The notes under the pieces: generated by a model | What the model was told of the DNA's origin: nothing | Seen by the model: only the letters and a program-made list of their open reading frames with translations | Databases searched by the model: none | Translations under genes and position numbers: made by a program | In this document: positions 59,512 through 64,000 of the stretch, one piece after another | Position numbering within the stretch: position 1 is the first letter of the stretch | Layout of the letters: every line of letters begins with the position of its first letter | Assembly (NCBI GenBank): GCA_963845245.1 | Contig: CAWJRJ010000011.1 | Location: 1-64,000, forward strand | Source: Nitrospirota bacterium | GTDB lineage: Bacteria > Nitrospirota > JACRHJ01 | Reading direction: 5' to 3' | Length of the DNA: 64,000 nt

Positions 59512-61549
59512 TTATCTGGACTGGTCAACAGGTATCAATAACCTGAAGGTGCTCCCCTTACCCTGCTCGCTTTCAAGTTCAACTCTACCTCCGTGTGCTT
59601 CAGCCACCGCCTTTACGATAGCAAGGCCAAGCCCGGTGCCCTTGATGCCGGCAGTCTTATTGGAGCGATAGTATTTATCAAATATCTTCCCACGCTCTTC
59701 CGGCGCAACCCCTGGGCCAGTATCCGATACGGATACAATGACTTGTTTGCCTGGCCCACCCGATATCGCCTCCGCTTTAAGCGTTACGTTCCCGCCTTCC
59801 GGCGTGTAATTGAGTGCGTTCTGCAGCAGGTTGCCGACTGCCCTCTCCATATGTTTTTTGTCAAGCAAAGTCACTGGTATTTGGTCAGATATATCCGCCT
59901 TGAACACTATACCCGTCTGCCTCGCCAACGGCATAAAATCGTCATAAACCTCTGTCAGCATGACTGCCACGTCAACAGGCTCCAGCTTGATCAGGATGCA
60001 GCCGGGCTCCATCCCCGCCGCAAGGAAGTCGTCCGCAAGCCTCATGAGCTTCACTCCGCTGCGGGCCGTTGCTTTCGCCATTTCCTCAATGTCATTATCC
60101 GCCTTGTCTTTTGCAGCCTTGACGATAAGCGAGGAGTACCCGAGTATGGCGGTAAGGGGCGACTTCAGGTCATGTGTCACCATCGCGTAAAAGTCGGCAC
60201 GTTGGCGTTCCAGGTTTTTCTTTTCCGTTATGTCCCGGAAATACCATACCCTGCCATAATACCTTCCGTCGGCTCCAAACATCGGCGATGTATAGCGGTC
60301 TAGTGTCCTGCCATCTTTAAGCTGGATCTCGTCTCTGCATGTCTCTGTGCGATGTTCGTAGAGATAGTTCACTCTTTCTAAGAATTCATCCGGTTTTTCC
60401 AGGTAACGCAAGACCGATTTGAGGGCAAGCTCGTCTGACCTTGTATCTTCAACCTCCTGCGGAATCGGGATATTCCAGATTTCTATGAACCGCTTGTTGT
60501 ACGATATGATTTTGCCGTCCGGGTCCACCATAAGTATCCCATCAAGAGTCGCCTCCTGCTGGGCGGATAAAAGGACGTTCTTGGTCTGTAAGGCCTCCTC
60601 GGACTGTTTGCGCGCGGTTATATCCCTCACTATTGCCTGTATATACGTTTTCCCTTTTAGATTGATGCGGTTCAGCGAAAGTTCTGAGTCGAAAGGAGTA
60701 CCGTCTCTATGAAGTGACGTCCAATTGAACTTTTGGGGTGAGCCGTTCAAAACAGCGGGTATTACTCTTAGAGCCATTTCTTCCGAGCTTTCGCCGTCCG
60801 GCTGGGATGATGGCGCGAAATCTAGATAAGAATGACCTATGATTTCGCTTTTGTCATCAAAACCGTACATTTCCACGCCCCTTGAGTTACAATCGACGAA
60901 GACGGGGCCGTCGACCAGAAATATCCCGTCGTCTGCAGATTCGAAAAGGGTACGAAAACGCTCTTCACTATCCTGAAGAGCCTCCTCCGCTTGTTTACGT
61001 TCTCTGATATCATGGGTTATACAGTTCAACGCTATTATTTCATCTCTTTCATTACGAAGCGGTACGGCACGGGTTTCCAGCCAAAGGCGTCTTCCTTTCA
61101 GGCTTACCATCTCAAATTCAAACGACCCGGTGCCTCCTTTGGAAATCTTTTCCCCGAACGCTTTAAAACTCTCATGATACTCCGGGGCAACCAAACCAAA
61201 GACCGATCTCCCCTTCACCTGATCGATAGAGTCCGCCTCTATCATAGTAAGCCCCGCCTGGTTCATCGTAAGCACGATACCTTCGACGCTTATTAGTTTG
61301 ATGCACACAGGTGCGGTATCTATAATAGTTTGCAGATATTCTCTGCTTTCATTAGGTGCGCCAGCCATATTTGACTCCACTGGTAATCGAAAGGATGCAG
61401 TATAAATGGTGAGACCTGATGTATTCAAGGCAGTCCTTGCCGCTCTCAACCACGGCAATCAAAACTAGGGGGGATTCTTCATGTATCCGGCGCGCAATAA
61501 AATTGTTTATCTCGGCGGAGGCGTCGACAATCAGCAAACTCAGGCCCAT
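59512..61549 (-). CDS. 3xPAS histidine kinase preceded by a truncated receiver remnant
   Basis: 'MVTHDLKSP', 'NLLQNALNY' and 'GTGLGL'. 61549-61380 resembles the first half of the REC at 30091. Confidence 0.85.
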
Positions 61550-61697
61550 AATTCAACTCCCGGATCGGGGACTAATTACGTCCAGATAGCCATGTCATAC
61601 ACGTCGACAGGATTGATTCTAATTTATACCTTTATGGTTGTAAAGTATATTCGGCAGGCGGCGCGGCTTTGAGACTCTACTGGCAGCACCCTTTGGG

Positions 61698-64000
61698 TCA
61701 GGCCGCTTCCTCCATTTCTGCCAGTATATCGAGGAAGGCTTCCGCCACCTTCGGATCGAACTGTGCCCCTGAGCAACGCCTGAATTCTTCGGCGGCGTAG
61801 TCAATTCCGGCCGAAGGCCTGTACGGCCTGTCGGCTGTCATTGAATCGAAGGAGTCTGCAACGCAGAGTATCCTGGCGAGCAACGGGATCTCCTCACCTT
61901 TAAGTCCCGCGGGGTAGCCGCCGCCGTCCCAACGCTCATGATGGTGCAGGATAATCGGGATTATCCCCTTGAACTGCCTTATCGGTCTCAGTATGTTTGC
62001 GCCTGCCTCCGGGTGTTTTTTCACCAGCGCGAACTCGTTTCCGGTAAGCGTCGCCTGCTTGTCCAGGATAACGTCGTATGTCCCAATCTTTCCGACGTCG
62101 TGGAGTAGACCGGCGAGTCTCAGCTCTTCCAGTCTCCTGATGGCTTAGCCCCATCCTCTCGGCCAACATCAACGCGTACCTTGTGACTCGCTCAGAGTGG
62201 CCTTTCGTCCATGGGCTCTTGGCATCTATTGCCGATGCCAGGGCTGTGACGACGCTTATGAACATCTCCTCCAGGTCTGAGAGCAGGCGCGAGTTCTCAA
62301 GCGCTATGCCAAGCTGGTTGGCTAGGTTCTCAATGGTCCTGATGTCTTCGAAGGTAAAGCCTGCAACGCGGTAGCTGCCTAGATGAAGCAGGCCTACGCC
62401 TTTGCCCTTTGCGATAATCGGTATGAATACATCCGACTTTATGCCGCCTTCAAGCAGGGTCTTGTCCATTTCGGTCAGAACGGTTTCCTCCGTCAGGTTT
62501 TTGCGGGCCAGAGTCTTACCGGTATTGAGTGTCTGATAACCAGGACATTGGTCATAAGTGATTACATCGCCTATTTTAATGTTCAGGCACCAGCCGTAGC
62601 AGAACCGCAGGATAGCGGCTTCCTCGTCAAGCAAGATGACGCTCGCAACGTCGGCAGGGGCAACCCTGCGTATCTGGGAGATGGCTCCGCCCATCATCTC
62701 GTCACGGTCGAGTGTTGATAGTATCCTCTTGTCTATCTCGGAAAGTACCTTCAAGGTCTCGAGCGACCTTGCCAGCTCTATACTCTTGTTTTGAGTTTCC
62801 ATATAAAGGTGGCTGTTGTCGTAGGAAACGCCCAGCTGTCCTGGCGATGCCTTCGATAATCTTTAGCCACACGCGAGTCGGACGGCAGCCGGTCAAAGTT
62901 GACGCAAAGGACGGCTATAACCTCGCCCCTTGTGATTACTGGGGTCAACAACAGGTCACTCAGGCCCAGGGTTCTCGGCATAGCCGGCCAACCCAAACTC
63001 TTTGAGCTCGTCCCTTTCCAGGAGCAAGGTAGCCTTAGAGGTAACTACATCGTTGAATGCGCTTATGTCCTCTACCCTTGCCCTCAAGGTGTAGAAATAC
63101 TTTATGCTGTCGGCAGGCATGCCCGCGGAACTGAGGGGCGAGAGTATCCCGTCGCTGATTATCTGAAATATCATAACGCCTTGGCCGGCAGTTAGTTCGT
63201 TCACCAGCCCGGCGATGTTGCCTGTCACATCCTCCCAAACAATGTTTCTACTTGTTATGTTGGCGGCTTCCAGCAGAGCGCCTGTGACCGCGACTTCGTT
63301 TTTGAGCGCTTCCACGGCCTGCTTGCGTTCGGTGATATCCTTGAAAGTGACAACAGCTCCGACAAGTTTACTGTCTTCCCACATCGGCGTGCTGGTGTAT
63401 TCCACCGGAAGGCTCGACCCGTCCTTTCTGAAAAACACCTCTTCAGTCGTCTGCTGGATACTGCCTCTGTTCAACGCGTTCATGACCGGACATTCGTCCG
63501 TGGGATATGCGGACCCATCTGGCCGTATGGAGTGCCAGGTCTGGTGCGTTTGTCTGCCGATAAGCTCTCTTGTCTCCCACCCCAGCATTTTTGCCGCTGC
63601 CGGGTTTATGAACGTTATCGCCCCCTTCACGTCCACTCCGTAAATCCCGTCACCGGCCGAGTTCAGGATAAGCTCGTTTTTCTGAGAAAGCCGTCTTAAC
63701 TCATCCTCTGACCGTTTGCGTTCTGTGATGTCCCTGGTAACGCCAAGCAGAGCGATTATTTCATCTTTTTCGTTGCGAAGCGGTACGGCATGGGTCTCCA
63801 GCCGGAGGCGTCTTCCCTTGAAGCCTATCATATCAAATTCCAGCGTCCCGGACCCACCCTGACAAACCTTTTCTCCAAGCGCCTTGAAGGCCTCGCGGTG
63901 CTCGGGAGCAATCAAACCAAAGACCGACTTCCCCTTCACCTGATCCAGGGAATCTGCATCTATCATGTCCAGCCCAGCCTGGTTCATCATGATCAGCCTG
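61698..64000 (-). CDS. PAS-PAS-GAF-GAF-HD-GYP phosphodiesterase (5' end beyond the window; frameshifts)
   Basis: 'GHSERV', 'LHDVGK' and 'HHERWDGGGYP'; paralog of the 37317 gene's C-terminal half. Confidence 0.88.

Noticed and set aside
1..64000. Many frameshifted genes as pseudogenes or programmed frameshifts
   Set aside because: Single-base indels occur in all three segments, often in short homopolymers, and the proteins are otherwise intact. This fits long-read error.

Overview
The window is a mosaic of three compositionally distinct segments, most likely a chimeric long-read contig, and frequent single-base indels break many otherwise intact genes. (A) 1-~2260 is very GC-rich, Actinomycetota-like DNA: a prolyl oligopeptidase and the left part of an IS481-family element. 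(B) ~2260-~7789 is AT-rich, Bacteroidota-like DNA: MMPL/RND transporter 3' half, polyprenyl synthetase, acyltransferase, outer-membrane barrel and dusB. (C) ~7790-64000 is mid-GC DNA of a probable anaerobic Nitrospirota/Desulfobacterota-like organism (inference). Segment C holds a Cus-type metal efflux operon behind a Cys-rich leader ORF, redox and sulfur genes, crcB-DUF190-rubredoxin, a stand-alone desulforedoxin, a HAMP/7-heme cytochrome/HAMP triad, tupA under a P3-less Moco (Tuco-type) RNA, an HtrA plus pseudo-protease pair, and a large PAS/GAF/HK/HD-GYP/GGDEF/PilZ signalling island built from reused modules. The strongest candidate for an undescribed system is 22939-27740. Four tandem paralogous microproteins with an invariant C-x10-C-x17-C-x4-H-x2-C motif (one missed by the ORF track) head an operon with a PHP phosphoesterase and a ceramide-glucosyltransferase-like enzyme. 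They converge on a CBS-domain kinase/receiver pair, and three promoters in this block carry Pho-box-like 11-bp repeats placed 10 bp before a -10 hexamer. No tRNA, rRNA or CRISPR array was seen.
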